DNA of 64,000 bases from Vulcanimicrobiota bacterium. GTDB taxonomy: Bacteria; Vulcanimicrobiota; Vulcanimicrobiia; Vulcanimicrobiales; Vulcanimicrobiaceae. Where the stretch lies: contig OY968762.1 of NCBI GenBank assembly GCA_963695225.1, forward strand, positions 2,112,001 to 2,176,000, in the 5' to 3' direction. Every line of letters begins with the position of its first letter. Positions within the stretch are counted from its first letter, which is position 1. Under the pieces are notes generated by a model. It worked only from the letters and a program-made list of their open reading frames with translations. It was not told the origin of the DNA and did not search any database. The position numbers and the translations under genes are program-made. Shown here one piece after another: positions 45,595 through 57,272 of this stretch.

Positions 45595-46928
45595 GATTCC
45601 ACCGCCGAGACCGAAGAAGCCAGACGCGTTCGGCGTCCGATGCCCATGTAATCGAAACCTAGCGCGGCGGCCTCGTTCGGATCGAAGACGTTACGGCCGT
45701 CGAAAAGAAGGCGTCCGCGCATGTGCTCCTTAGCGATTCGCAGGTCGAGTTGCTTGTATTCGTTCCAATCCGTCGCGACGACGAGTGCGTCGGCTCCGCT
45801 CGCCGCCTCGAACGCGCTTTGGGCGAACGTGACCCGCCCGCCGAGGCGGCGGCGGGCGGTCGCGACGGCGACTGGGTCGTGAGCTGCCACGGCTGCGCCT
45901 TTTGCGAGCAGGAGCTCGATTAGGGCGATCGCGGGAGACTCGCGGACGTCGTCCGTCTGCGGTTTGAAGGCCAGGCCGAGCACGGCAACCCGGGAACCCT
46001 TCAGGGACCCGAGCCGTTGCTCGATGCGGTCGACCGCGCGGACGATTTGTTCGCGGTTGATTGCCAGCGTCGCTTGCAATAGGGAGGGGACGACGCCGAC
46101 GCGCTCCGCGACTTGCGAGAGCGCCGCCAAGTCCTTCGGAAAGCATGAACCGCCGAATCCGATGCCGGCTCCGAGGAACGAGTTTCCGATTCGCCGATCC
46201 GCACCGGCTCCGCGCATGACGTCGCCGACGTCCGCTCCGACCATCTCGCAGATGTGGGCGATTTGGTTGGCGAACGATATCTTCGTCGCGAGAAACGCGT
46301 TGGCCGTGTATTTGATCATCTCTGCGGTGCGCACGTCGGTTTCGATGATCTTCGCATCGAGCGGAGCATAGAGATGCCGCATCGTCGCAGCCGCATCGGG
46401 GTCGTCTACGCCGAGGACGATGCGATCGGGTTGCATGAAATCGCCGATTGCGGAGCCTTCGCGCAGAAACTCGGGATTCGAAACGACGCTGACCCGGTGG
46501 GCACTCGACTTGCGTTCGCGCACGATCGCCGAGACGAGATCGCCCGTCTCAACGGGAACGGTCGATTTGTTGACGATGACGGTGTCGCGGCCCAAGTTTT
46601 CCGCGATCGTAATGGCCGCTTGCCTGACGTAGCTGAGATCGGCGCTCCCGTCGCTCGTTTGAGGCGTTCCTACGGCCAGGAAGACGATGGCGGCAGGGCC
46701 TATCGCTCGGGCGGGATCGGTCTCGAAGGAAAGGCGCCCGGCGGAAGCGTTGCGGCGGACCAGCTCCTCCAAGCCCGGCTCGAAAAAAGGCACGTGGCCC
46801 GCGCGCAACGACTCGATGCGGCTCCTATCGATATCGAGGCAGACGACGTCGTTTCCCAGTTCGGCGAAGCAAGCGCCAGTCACCAGGCCGACGTACCCGG
46901 TGCCGATGACGGCGATGTCGCTGGACAC
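45591..46928 (-). CDS. ugd: UDP-glucose 6-dehydrogenase
   Basis: GTGYVG, KSTVP, SNPEFLREG, GFGGSCFPKD, FKPQTDDVRES. Confidence 0.95.
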   Translation of the reverse strand: MSSDIAVIGTGYVGLVTGACFAELGNDVVCLDIDRSRIESLRAGHVPFFEPGLEELVRRNASAGRLSFETDPARAIGPAAIVFLAVGTPQTSDGSADLSYVRQAAITIAENLGRDTVIVNKSTVPVETGDLVSAIVRERKSSAHRVSVVSNPEFLREGSAIGDFMQPDRIVLGVDDPDAAATMRHLYAPLDAKIIETDVRTAEMIKYTANAFLATKISFANQIAHICEMVGADVGDVMRGAGADRRIGNSFLGAGIGFGGSCFPKDLAALSQVAERVGVVPSLLQATLAINREQIVRAVDRIEQRLGSLKGSRVAVLGLAFKPQTDDVRESPAIALIELLLAKGAAVAAHDPVAVATARRRLGGRVTFAQSAFEAASGADALVVATDWNEYKQLDLRIAKEHMRGRLLFDGRNVFDPNEAAALGFDYMGIGRRTRLASSVSAVES

Positions 46929-47060
46929 GGTTGTGACCCCCCTTAGGTAGCGCGGAACCGGGTGAAAAATGCAGTTACCCGGCAGTGGCCCGACACCCTC
47001 CGATCCGGCTCGCGCCCACGAACGGATCGTCTCCTGTTGCGGCTGAGGGTCGTGGGCATG

Positions 47061-48377
47061 CTAGGCGACTTCCTTGGTGAGCGGGAGTCGCTGCAGCGTT
47101 GGGAGGGGCATCGTAATTCGATACAGGGACCCGACGAACGCCGCACCATGCCCGATCAAGATGACTTGGATCACTTGATCGAGCGTTGCATGGCGGGCGA
47201 TGATGGTCGCGATTTCGCCGACCGCCACGACGATCAATGGGATGACGAAATCGAAACGGTGAAGGCCGATCTTGTAGCTGACCGCGACGCTCGTCGCCGC
47301 GAGGAGCATCATCGCGGCACCGTACGGAAAGATATAGAGCGCCGCCTGGGCAAACGATGAGCCCGCGACGATCTCCACGATCCTGGCGGGGAACACGCTG
47401 AACAGGGCAAGGCCGACACCGGAGGTCGCGCCGAGCGCCAGCGCAGCTTCGAGGAGGAGCATCTTCGGTGCCCTCCCGATGGCGGCTAGGTGCGTCGCCT
47501 TCGGCAAGATGATCGTCGGGACGAAGGCGGCCACGAAGAAGAGGATCTTCCCAATGAGCGATACCGCACCATAGATACCGGCGGCGCTTGGGGAGAGGAA
47601 ATGCTTCACAAGGAGGATGTCTGCGAATCCGATGACGGTAAGCACGCTCGTTGCGATGCTGACTCCACCGGCGGTCTGCAGCAGGCGGCGCAGATCTAGG
47701 GGCGCCTCGCTCCGACTAGCCTTGCCGAATCGAAGGTTGCATGCGAGCGTCGTATACGCGAGCGCGATGAGACTCCCGGCCGCGAAGCCGCCCACGGCAC
47801 CGAGAAGTCCGAAGCCCGCGTACACGAGCACGATGCCGAGCAACGCTTTGCCGCACGCTTCGCTGGCGATCGAAACCGCGTATGAGCCGAAATCTTGCCG
47901 GCCTTGCAAGGCGCCGCGAAGCAGGGGCAACAAGACATTGGCCCCTATGGCCAGACTGAAGAGCAGGAGCGCCGGCGTATCGCCGATCTGCAAAGCGCGC
48001 CCGATCGTTGGCGACGCGACGGCGAAGAGCGCGGTGGCGGCGACGCTCGCGATGAAGAACGCGCGAAGCACTCCGGACATCGACGCCCGCAGACGGTCGA
48101 TTTCTCCGGCCGCCCAGAACTCCGCCGTGTACTTGGCAACGATCGTCTGACCGATGGATGCGGGAATCGAAACAACCGTGAACAAGGCGATCATCGACGA
48201 CAGCGCGCCATAGGATTCGACGCCGATCTTGCGGCTGATGACGACGTGAAACAGGTAATTGAAGGCGTTCACGAGGATCGTCGAGGCAAACACAAACGAG
48301 CCGTGCCGCACGAAGTCTCTTCGTATCGACCGATGATCGTCAGGGCTCTCGAACTCGTTACCAATTTGGGCGGTCAA
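47061..48377 (-). CDS. Oligosaccharide flippase (Wzx-like)
   Basis: About 12 TM segments, NAFNYLF..SR, LRGALQG, DILLVKHF, AGIYGA. Confidence 0.85.
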   Translation of the reverse strand: MTAQIGNEFESPDDHRSIRRDFVRHGSFVFASTILVNAFNYLFHVVISRKIGVESYGALSSMIALFTVVSIPASIGQTIVAKYTAEFWAAGEIDRLRASMSGVLRAFFIASVAATALFAVASPTIGRALQIGDTPALLLFSLAIGANVLLPLLRGALQGRQDFGSYAVSIASEACGKALLGIVLVYAGFGLLGAVGGFAAGSLIALAYTTLACNLRFGKASRSEAPLDLRRLLQTAGGVSIATSVLTVIGFADILLVKHFLSPSAAGIYGAVSLIGKILFFVAAFVPTIILPKATHLAAIGRAPKMLLLEAALALGATSGVGLALFSVFPARIVEIVAGSSFAQAALYIFPYGAAMMLLAATSVAVSYKIGLHRFDFVIPLIVVAVGEIATIIARHATLDQVIQVILIGHGAAFVGSLYRITMPLPTLQRLPLTKEVA

Positions 48378-48934
48378 GACCTAAACCATTTGCCCGGTGA
48401 TGAGAGCAGCAAACGCGCATTCTAGCGATCTCATCAGCGGCGGCGCATCGATGCTGTGGTACGACGGATGAGCCGTCCTACGACGGCATACGGATATATT
48501 CCCCGCACCCGTGTCGCGACGGCCGGCCGCGTCCCGGCCCCTGACCGATGCTGATGTCGGCATCGCAGTCCTTTCTCGTTGTGATGCGAAACGGGCCTTG
48601 TACCAGGGCGGCGGGCGGGGTCATCTCTAATCGCGATCTCATCCCGCCTCGGTCGGGAGCCTGGCTCGCTTGCAAAGCCAACCCGGCTACGCCCATGTGC
48701 CGCGCCTTTTTTGCCGCGGTCGCCGTCCGGCTCTTGGTCCCCGCAGCCCCGACGTCTGGGCGTCTGGAATCGGGGCCTCGCCGCCTCCCAACGAGTTTGC
48801 GCCCTTGCCCACGGTCCGCGAACTAGCCAATGGCAACCCCTCTTGGTGCGCCTCCCCTTCGGCCAGGAATTCGCGGCCGTCCCCGCGACTACCCGACCAG
48901 CAGCTTACTTGGAACCGCCGCGGCGTAACAACGT

Positions 48935-50746
48935 GTGGAGGAGTCAGACTTGTTGCGATCGTCCAAAACGGCACGGAGTAGCATCGTAGTTCTGATTGCG
49001 CTCGGTATTCTTCTCTTGTCGCAATCCGCCGCAAAGAGCGAAACGTTAGCTTACTCACTGGTAGCCGGAAGTGGACGCGTAGGAGTTGCGGACGGACCTG
49101 CGCAGTCGGCTGAATTCGTCATGCCCACCGAAATCATTCGCGCGCCCGGCGGTCGGTTGATCGTTGCGGATACTGGGGGCCAAAGGATACGCGTCATCGA
49201 CAAAGCCGGGAACGTCTCGACCTTGGCCGGCGGCGGCCCCATCAATGATTCCGGGCTTTGGGTCGACGGCTCGTTTCGGGACGGCCCCGCCGCCCTTGCC
49301 CGTTTCAATCGGCCTGACGGATTGGCCCTCGGTAAGGACGGCTCGCTCTTCGTCTCGGACCGGGACAACAAATGCATCCGCCGGATTCTGAACGGTCAAG
49401 TCTCGACGTTTTCCGGTACTTCTCGCAAAGAGGGCGCGATCGACGGATCCGCCGACGTCGCAACGTTCTATTCGCCCCGAGCGCTCACGATCGACGATGC
49501 GGGAGTGCTCTGGCTGGCTGATTGGGGAAACGGAGTACGCAGGATACGCCCGGATGGCAGCGTCACTACGATTTCGCCCAAGGGCGCGACGATCGAACAC
49601 CCGACGGGGATTTCCTTTGCCGCGGACGCTACCAGGCGAAGGCTCATCGTTGCGGACCAATTCGGTCTCGTTACGATCGATCTCACGACGATGAACGCAT
49701 CGCGTATGCCGGCCTACCCGACGGGGCACGAAGGAGACGGTCAACCAATAAATGCTAACGCTCAGCTCGGTTTACCTCACGCGGTTTCCTTGATGAATCC
49801 AGATGAGGTGGTGTATACCGACCTGAGGGATAGTTCGGTGAAGTACTTCAAGCCCATCTCCTACCTCCGGAACCTCGGCGAGGTTCCCAGAGAAGACTCG
49901 ATGCTAACGGGCGGCGGTTTGTCCCCGGATGGCGAGGTCCCCCGTTTCGATGCTCCGATGGGCGTCCTCGCCGAGAGGAGCGGCGACGTATTCGTTGCCG
50001 ATTCGGGCAACCGAAAAGTGGTCCACATCGCGCCGTTCGAACGGCGAGCGTTTATCATGCAGGGTGACATCGCCGCCTTGGCCCGTACGGGCCAGGAGTA
50101 CCGGGTGGCGATCGTAGGGAGCTCCTACACGTGGTACTTTACAACTCGCGCCGATGCGATCTCCGGGTTCCTAGCCGAGAAGCTCAAGGACGTCCCGGAA
50201 CTCCGCGGTCGTGAGCCTGCGATGGAATACTTCCTGCTGGCGCATAGCGTGCCCGGAGAACTCGACCTGATCAGGAACGTGTTGTCGCTCGGATCGACGG
50301 ATCTCGTCATTCTCATGTTGGCGCCGGTAGATCTGCAGGCGCTGGGCGTAGGTCCTCATTACGAAGACTGGGCCGCCGTGATCAAGCCGAAGCTGGCGTC
50401 CGTCGTCGCAACGATGAAGTCCGCGAACGTGCCGTTTCTTCTCGTGCTGAATCCGGCATCCCAAGTCTTCAGCCCGCTGGAGTCGGCCGCCTTATGGGAG
50501 GGGTGGAACGGCGAGCCGTTCGCAGAGGGCTACGAGCGGGCTCACGCAGATGAGCTGCGCTTGCTGAGTGCAATGGATGCGCCGGTACTCGATCTGTATC
50601 CGGCGTTTAGGGAAGAGATGATTTCACCGAACCACCGGCCTCTTTTCTATACGAACGACGCGCACTACTCGGAATACGGTAGACGCCTCATAGCGTCCGA
50701 GATCTTCAGGAAGCTTCAGGAGATAAAGCCTTGGTCGGCCCGCTGA
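48935..50746 (+). CDS. Secreted NHL-repeat beta-propeller fused to an SGNH (AlgJ/AlgX-like) domain
   Basis: Repeats ARFNRPDGL, VADTGGQRIR, VADSGNRKV; C-terminal VGSSYT and NDAHYS. Confidence 0.75.
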   Translation: MEESDLLRSSKTARSSIVVLIALGILLLSQSAAKSETLAYSLVAGSGRVGVADGPAQSAEFVMPTEIIRAPGGRLIVADTGGQRIRVIDKAGNVSTLAGGGPINDSGLWVDGSFRDGPAALARFNRPDGLALGKDGSLFVSDRDNKCIRRILNGQVSTFSGTSRKEGAIDGSADVATFYSPRALTIDDAGVLWLADWGNGVRRIRPDGSVTTISPKGATIEHPTGISFAADATRRRLIVADQFGLVTIDLTTMNASRMPAYPTGHEGDGQPINANAQLGLPHAVSLMNPDEVVYTDLRDSSVKYFKPISYLRNLGEVPREDSMLTGGGLSPDGEVPRFDAPMGVLAERSGDVFVADSGNRKVVHIAPFERRAFIMQGDIAALARTGQEYRVAIVGSSYTWYFTTRADAISGFLAEKLKDVPELRGREPAMEYFLLAHSVPGELDLIRNVLSLGSTDLVILMLAPVDLQALGVGPHYEDWAAVIKPKLASVVATMKSANVPFLLVLNPASQVFSPLESAALWEGWNGEPFAEGYERAHADELRLLSAMDAPVLDLYPAFREEMISPNHRPLFYTNDAHYSEYGRRLIASEIFRKLQEIKPWSAR

Positions 50747-51237
50747 TCGTCCGCAAGAACCTGCTGCTGGGCGCGGCCGGCTGCGCTCTCATGCTCGTAG
50801 CGCATTGCACGACCGCTCTAGCCGACGATGCCGTCGATCAAGTCGTGACCGCTAAGCTTCGGCCGGATGCGGTGTATATTTGGAAGACGAACGATGCGAT
50901 CGGCGATCTGCGTACGCGGGGAGCATCGGCGGCTCAGATACGCTTGGAGCTCGCTGCAAGAGCAACCCGGATACTCGTTGCGAAGAGCAAGGCAGTACCT
51001 GACGCGCGCAAGGTAAAGGTGGAGCTGATCTATTTCAAGAGCGGCGGTATGGACCCGAACTACAAGGTGGAAACCGTGGCCGGCGTCGATCGCCTCGGGT
51101 CGGTCGAAGCTGCGCAGAATGCTTTGGCGAGGCCTGCGTCATCGTCTTGGAGCAAAGAGGTCCTGGCAGGGAAGACGCCCGTGGGATTGAGTCTTGAATT
51201 GGATGATTCCGCGTTCTCGAATTTGGACGCCAAGTGA
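50731..51237 (+). CDS. Secreted hypothetical protein
   Basis: Signal peptide ending ALA; overlaps the upstream gene. Confidence 0.6.
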   Translation: MVGPLIVRKNLLLGAAGCALMLVAHCTTALADDAVDQVVTAKLRPDAVYIWKTNDAIGDLRTRGASAAQIRLELAARATRILVAKSKAVPDARKVKVELIYFKSGGMDPNYKVETVAGVDRLGSVEAAQNALARPASSSWSKEVLAGKTPVGLSLELDDSAFSNLDAK

Positions 51238-51285
51238 GCCGAGGCCGCTTCGGATCGCGTGCCGTCGCCGCAGTGAGAAGAGCCG

Positions 51286-51480
51286 GTGGATGACCGCGAC
51301 GTTTCGGTCCCGGGAGCCGTCGACGTTCGCAAGGCTCTCCGGCTCGATCCGATCTATCGTTTGATCGGGTCCGCGATAACGTCGCCGTACGCGCTCGGGA
51401 TGATCTTGGCCTTGCTGGCTCTTCTTGCGATCGTCTTAGGGCCGTCCTCAGAGTCGCACTTCATTTATACCGATTTCTGA
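51286..51480 (+). CDS. DltX-like single-TM acyl-shuttle peptide
   Basis: One TM helix and C-terminal FIYTDF* (F-x-Y-x-x-F), directly upstream of the SGNH and MBOAT genes. Confidence 0.75.
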   Translation: MDDRDVSVPGAVDVRKALRLDPIYRLIGSAITSPYALGMILALLALLAIVLGPSSESHFIYTDF

Positions 51481-51481
51481 G

Positions 51482-52507
51482 GTGGCTGACCGGACCGGCT
51501 TGGGAATCCGGACTGGGGCCGCGTTCGTCTTACGCGCGGCGGCCACGCTGTTGGCCGCGCTCACGGCGTTCGATCTCGCGTTTCTCGAGTTCTTCCCAAC
51601 CTTTCCACGCTTGGCCGCCGACTTTTCGGCGGCGTACCTGGCGCGCCAAGCGCGCGCGCTCGGGCACGAGCATCCCGTCGTGGCCCTTGGCGACTCCGCC
51701 CTATGGGGATACCGGGTTTCCGTCGAGGAGGCGGCGATCACGCGCCTGCGGCGCGCCGACCGGCGTTGGGTCAACCTCTCTTACGAGGGCGGCAGCGCTC
51801 CGAATACGTTTGCGTTGCTGCGCATCCTCGACCACGCGGGCGTTGCACCGCGCGCCGTCGTTTTCAACGTCAATCTCAAGGAGTTCAACCCGGTCGACAG
51901 CGCCTACGATAAGTTGTATCCGGGGGTCGAGCGCCTCGCGTGGCCCCTGTTGAGCGCCGAGGAACGCGCGAAGCTCAAGCGCGTGACACCGCAGACGGTC
52001 GATGCGAGATTCAACGAGGCGGTCGAGTCGGTCTGGCCGTTCTACGCGATGCGGTCCGACGTGCGCGCCGCGATCTTCGCCGATCAGGACGCCGCACACG
52101 CCGTGGCGAGCGTGTTCGAGGCTTGGGGCGGGACCACCGCGCGCAAAGCCGCAGCGCACCGCCCGACGCCGGACAAGTTCGAAGGCACGTACGATCTTTC
52201 GCCGCTCGGCGAGGACAACATCGGGGTCTTCTTCCTGCGGCGTGTCGCCGGTGCTCTGCAGAGCAGCCGGATCCCGGGGTATGCGATTCTCACGCCGACC
52301 AATCACAAGCTGCTGCACGACTACATCGACGGCCCCGAATATCGCGCGCAGCTCCTTTTCGTCACGCGTCTCCTTCGCTCGTACGGGATAACGGTTCTCG
52401 ACTACGATAGCGCTTTCGCACCGGCCGAGTTTCTCGACAACGACCACCTGACGGTGGAGGGGAACCGGCATCTCGCGCAACTGCTCTCCCGGGACGTCGC
52501 GCCATGA
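51482..52507 (+). CDS. DltD-like SGNH-fold acyltransferase
   Basis: N-terminal TM, LGDS, TPTN, FLDNDHL...GN. Confidence 0.75.
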   Translation: MADRTGLGIRTGAAFVLRAAATLLAALTAFDLAFLEFFPTFPRLAADFSAAYLARQARALGHEHPVVALGDSALWGYRVSVEEAAITRLRRADRRWVNLSYEGGSAPNTFALLRILDHAGVAPRAVVFNVNLKEFNPVDSAYDKLYPGVERLAWPLLSAEERAKLKRVTPQTVDARFNEAVESVWPFYAMRSDVRAAIFADQDAAHAVASVFEAWGGTTARKAAAHRPTPDKFEGTYDLSPLGEDNIGVFFLRRVAGALQSSRIPGYAILTPTNHKLLHDYIDGPEYRAQLLFVTRLLRSYGITVLDYDSAFAPAEFLDNDHLTVEGNRHLAQLLSRDVAP

Positions 52508-53700
52508 TCTTCAACACTTGGGAATTCGCGCTGTTCGCCGCCGCCGTGCTGCCGGTCTACTGGCTTGCCGTTCCGCAGCGTTGGAAGCCGCATTACTTGA
52601 TCGCGGCGGGCACGTTTTTCTACGCCTGTTCGGTCCCCGCATATCTCGGGCTGATCGTCGCGCTGGCCGGCATTACCTACGCAGCGCTGCGCGCGCTCAC
52701 GGCGCCCGCGACGACGCCGGGCCGGCGCAAGCTCGTCTTCGGGCTGGCCGTCGGAGCGGTCGTGGGCGTGCTTGGGTTCTTCAAGTATACGAAGCTGTTC
52801 GCGTCGACCGTCGATGCGATTGCGCGCCACAACGTTCTCCCGGCGCCGCAGATCGTCGTTCCGCTCGCGATTTCGTTCTTCACGTTCGAGTTCGTGCACG
52901 TGCTGGTCGACGCGTACCTCGGAAAGTTGAAGTCGGTCGACGCGCTCGATTTCTCCGCATTTGCGATGTTCTTCCCGACGCTCGTTGCCGGTCCGATAAA
53001 GCGTTACGAGACGTTCGCGCCGCAAGTCCGTGCGATCGAACCGCTGACGCGGGACGAACTCGCGCTCAACGCGTACCGAATCGGCATCGGACTCGTTAAG
53101 AAGATCGTCCTCGCGGACTCGCTGAGCGTCTTGACGCAACCCATCGTGACGCCAGGGGACCCGTACGGCAGGCTCGATTACTGGATCGCTGCCGTGGCCT
53201 ATTCCGGAAAGATCTATTTCGATTTCTCGGGATACTCAGATATCGCGATCGGCATCGCGGGTTTGCTCGGGCTCAAGATCCCCGAGAACTTCGATCGGCC
53301 GTATTGGGCTGCAAACATCGGGGCCTTTTGGCGGCGCTGGCATATGTCGCTCTCGAGCTGGATCCGAGATTACATCTTCATTCCGCTGGGCGGCAGCCGG
53401 CGTCCGCCTCCCTTCGTCGCGCTGAACTTGCTCGTGGCGATGACGATCGCGGGGTTGTGGCACGGCGCCGCGTGGACGTTCGTGGTCTGGGGGCTCTGGC
53501 ACGGTCTGGGCCTCGCAGTGCACCGCGTATGGTCGATTAAGATCGTGCCCATGGTGCCGGCGCTGCGCGCCGGCGGCCCCGCCATCACCGCGCTTTCGAT
53601 CGTCGGTACGTTCGCTTTCGTCGACGCCGGCTGGATCTTGTTCGCGGCGGCGTCGTTCCCGAATGCCGCCAGGGTTTACCGCGGGCTTTTCACGGGGTAA
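52504..53700 (+). CDS. MBOAT family O-acyltransferase (AlgI/DltB-like)
   Basis: FFKY, PLAISFFTF, AGPI, YFDFSGYSDIA, FWRRWHMSLSSWIRDY, GLWHG. Confidence 0.95.
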   Translation: MIFNTWEFALFAAAVLPVYWLAVPQRWKPHYLIAAGTFFYACSVPAYLGLIVALAGITYAALRALTAPATTPGRRKLVFGLAVGAVVGVLGFFKYTKLFASTVDAIARHNVLPAPQIVVPLAISFFTFEFVHVLVDAYLGKLKSVDALDFSAFAMFFPTLVAGPIKRYETFAPQVRAIEPLTRDELALNAYRIGIGLVKKIVLADSLSVLTQPIVTPGDPYGRLDYWIAAVAYSGKIYFDFSGYSDIAIGIAGLLGLKIPENFDRPYWAANIGAFWRRWHMSLSSWIRDYIFIPLGGSRRPPPFVALNLLVAMTIAGLWHGAAWTFVVWGLWHGLGLAVHRVWSIKIVPMVPALRAGGPAITALSIVGTFAFVDAGWILFAAASFPNAARVYRGLFTG

Positions 53701-53708
53701 CGAAGCGA

Positions 53709-53740
53709 AGCGGGCGCCGCACCTTCGCGCGACGCCCGCT
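53709..53740. terminator. Hairpin between convergent MBOAT and pnp genes
   Basis: AGCGGGCG...CGCCCGCT stem; weak T-tail. Confidence 0.4.
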
Positions 53741-53769
53741 CCGTTTCATGCAGCCCTCAGCCCCGCGGC

Positions 53770-55953
<2,184 letters not shown>

Positions 55954-56294
55954 AGGTTCTCCTAGTTTTTGTATTATTTGCTCTTTATGCGAACAGGCTT
56001 CGGTTCTGACCCAAAGGACCTATGACCTTGAATGCGGTCTTGCGGCACGACGCAAGAAGGGGAAAGGCGCACGCCTTTCCCCTTCACGCAGGGCGACCGT
56101 CCACTTCCGAGGCTGGCGGATCGGCACCCGGGCACCACGGCACGCGCGTATCCCCCCATGCGTGCCGCGTCGATCTTCATACGTCGTGCGGCTGGGGCGT
56201 TTCGGCCCAAGCCGTCGGCGATGGAAGACGGTCCTACCTCTCCCCCTCGGAGACGGACCGGCGCCGATAATAGCGGCGGGTCGTGAAGACTCAA
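55954..56294 (-). ncRNA. Promoter plus long structured pnp 5' leader or small RNA (candidate)
   Basis: TTGAGT-N16-TATTAT; closing helix 56245-56265 with 56092-56112; internal hairpins; 14-bp hairpin at 56056-56085. Confidence 0.45.
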
Positions 56295-56328
56295 TGCGTT
56301 CGTAAGAAGATCGCGCGAATAGGCGGCC

Positions 56329-56853
56329 CTAACGCGGACGCTCGATGAAGAACCGCAGATGCCGCGGCGTCGGCGTCGTCGTCGAAAAGCCGAGCGCCTT
56401 GAGGACGTGCATCGAGGCGAAATTGTCGCGCGCCGTTTCGGCCAGCACCCGCCGCACGCGATGGTCGCCCCACGCCCACGCGATCAAGGCGCCCGCGGCC
56501 TCGCGCGCGATCCCGCGCCCGCGATGCTCCTCGACCACGCCGTAACCGATTTCAACGGCGCCCTTGCGCGGAGCGCCCTTGAAACCGAGCCCGGTTACGA
56601 GCGAGCGATCGTCGCCCTCGACGAGCACGCCGTACCACGACCACCACCCGAGCACGCTCGGGTCGTCGTTGAGGCGGTCGATGAAAAACGGGACCACGCC
56701 CTCGTCGTAGACGCCTTGCGGCCAATTGACGGGCACGTGCGCGTCGAGTTCGGCTCCCAAACGTGCGCGATCGTTCAGCTCGGCGACGAGCAGTTCGCGC
56801 GTCGCCGGGTAGAGTTCGAGCCGCGCCGTCCGGAGCGGTTCGATTCGGACTAT
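56329..56853 (-). CDS. RimJ/RimL-type GNAT acetyltransferase (start uncertain)
   Basis: [28 protein letters not shown]; family-like N-terminus [10 protein letters not shown] lies upstream of the first TTG at 56760. Confidence 0.8.
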   Translation of the reverse strand: MVRIEPLRTARLELYPATRELLVAELNDRARLGAELDAHVPVNWPQGVYDEGVVPFFIDRLNDDPSVLGWWSWYGVLVEGDDRSLVTGLGFKGAPRKGAVEIGYGVVEEHRGRGIAREAAGALIAWAWGDHRVRRVLAETARDNFASMHVLKALGFSTTTPTPRHLRFFIERPR

Positions 56854-57119
56854 CGGCGCAACCCGAGGTCGGCGATCAGCTTGCGGTAGCGCTCCAGGTC
56901 GACCTTCTGAAGGTACCCGAGGAGGCGGCGCCGCTTGCCGACCTGCAGCAGCAAGCCGCGGCGGCCGTGGTGATCCTTCTTATGGATCTTGAGGTGCTCG
57001 GTCAACTGGTTGATCGAGGAGGTCAGCATCGCGATCTGGACGTCTGCGGATCCCGTGTCGCCGGGCGTCCGCGCGAACTTCGCGGAGATCTCGGTCTTCT
57101 GGTCTTTGGTCAACGGCAC
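56850..57119 (-). CDS. rpsO: 30S ribosomal protein S15
   Basis: [31 protein letters not shown]. Confidence 0.99.
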   Translation of the reverse strand: MPLTKDQKTEISAKFARTPGDTGSADVQIAMLTSSINQLTEHLKIHKKDHHGRRGLLLQVGKRRRLLGYLQKVDLERYRKLIADLGLRR

Positions 57120-57272
57120 GAAAGGGGCTCCTCATTCAAGGATAGACTCGCATCGACTCCAGCCTCGAAACCGGCCGGGTCGGCGACCGAAGGATGATAG
57201 CAAGGGCGGCGGAGACTGTCCAGAGGCAGGATCGGCATGGCTAGGGGGGCACCGTTCGTGTAATCTGGGAGC

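Noticed and set aside
48378..48934. Riboswitch or ncRNA in the 557-bp divergent intergenic region
   Set aside because: Several short hairpins but no motif I could match; needs an Rfam search.
57120..57200. S15 autoregulatory leader
   Set aside because: Plausible by position and a hairpin is present, but I cannot match it to a known S15 leader family by eye.
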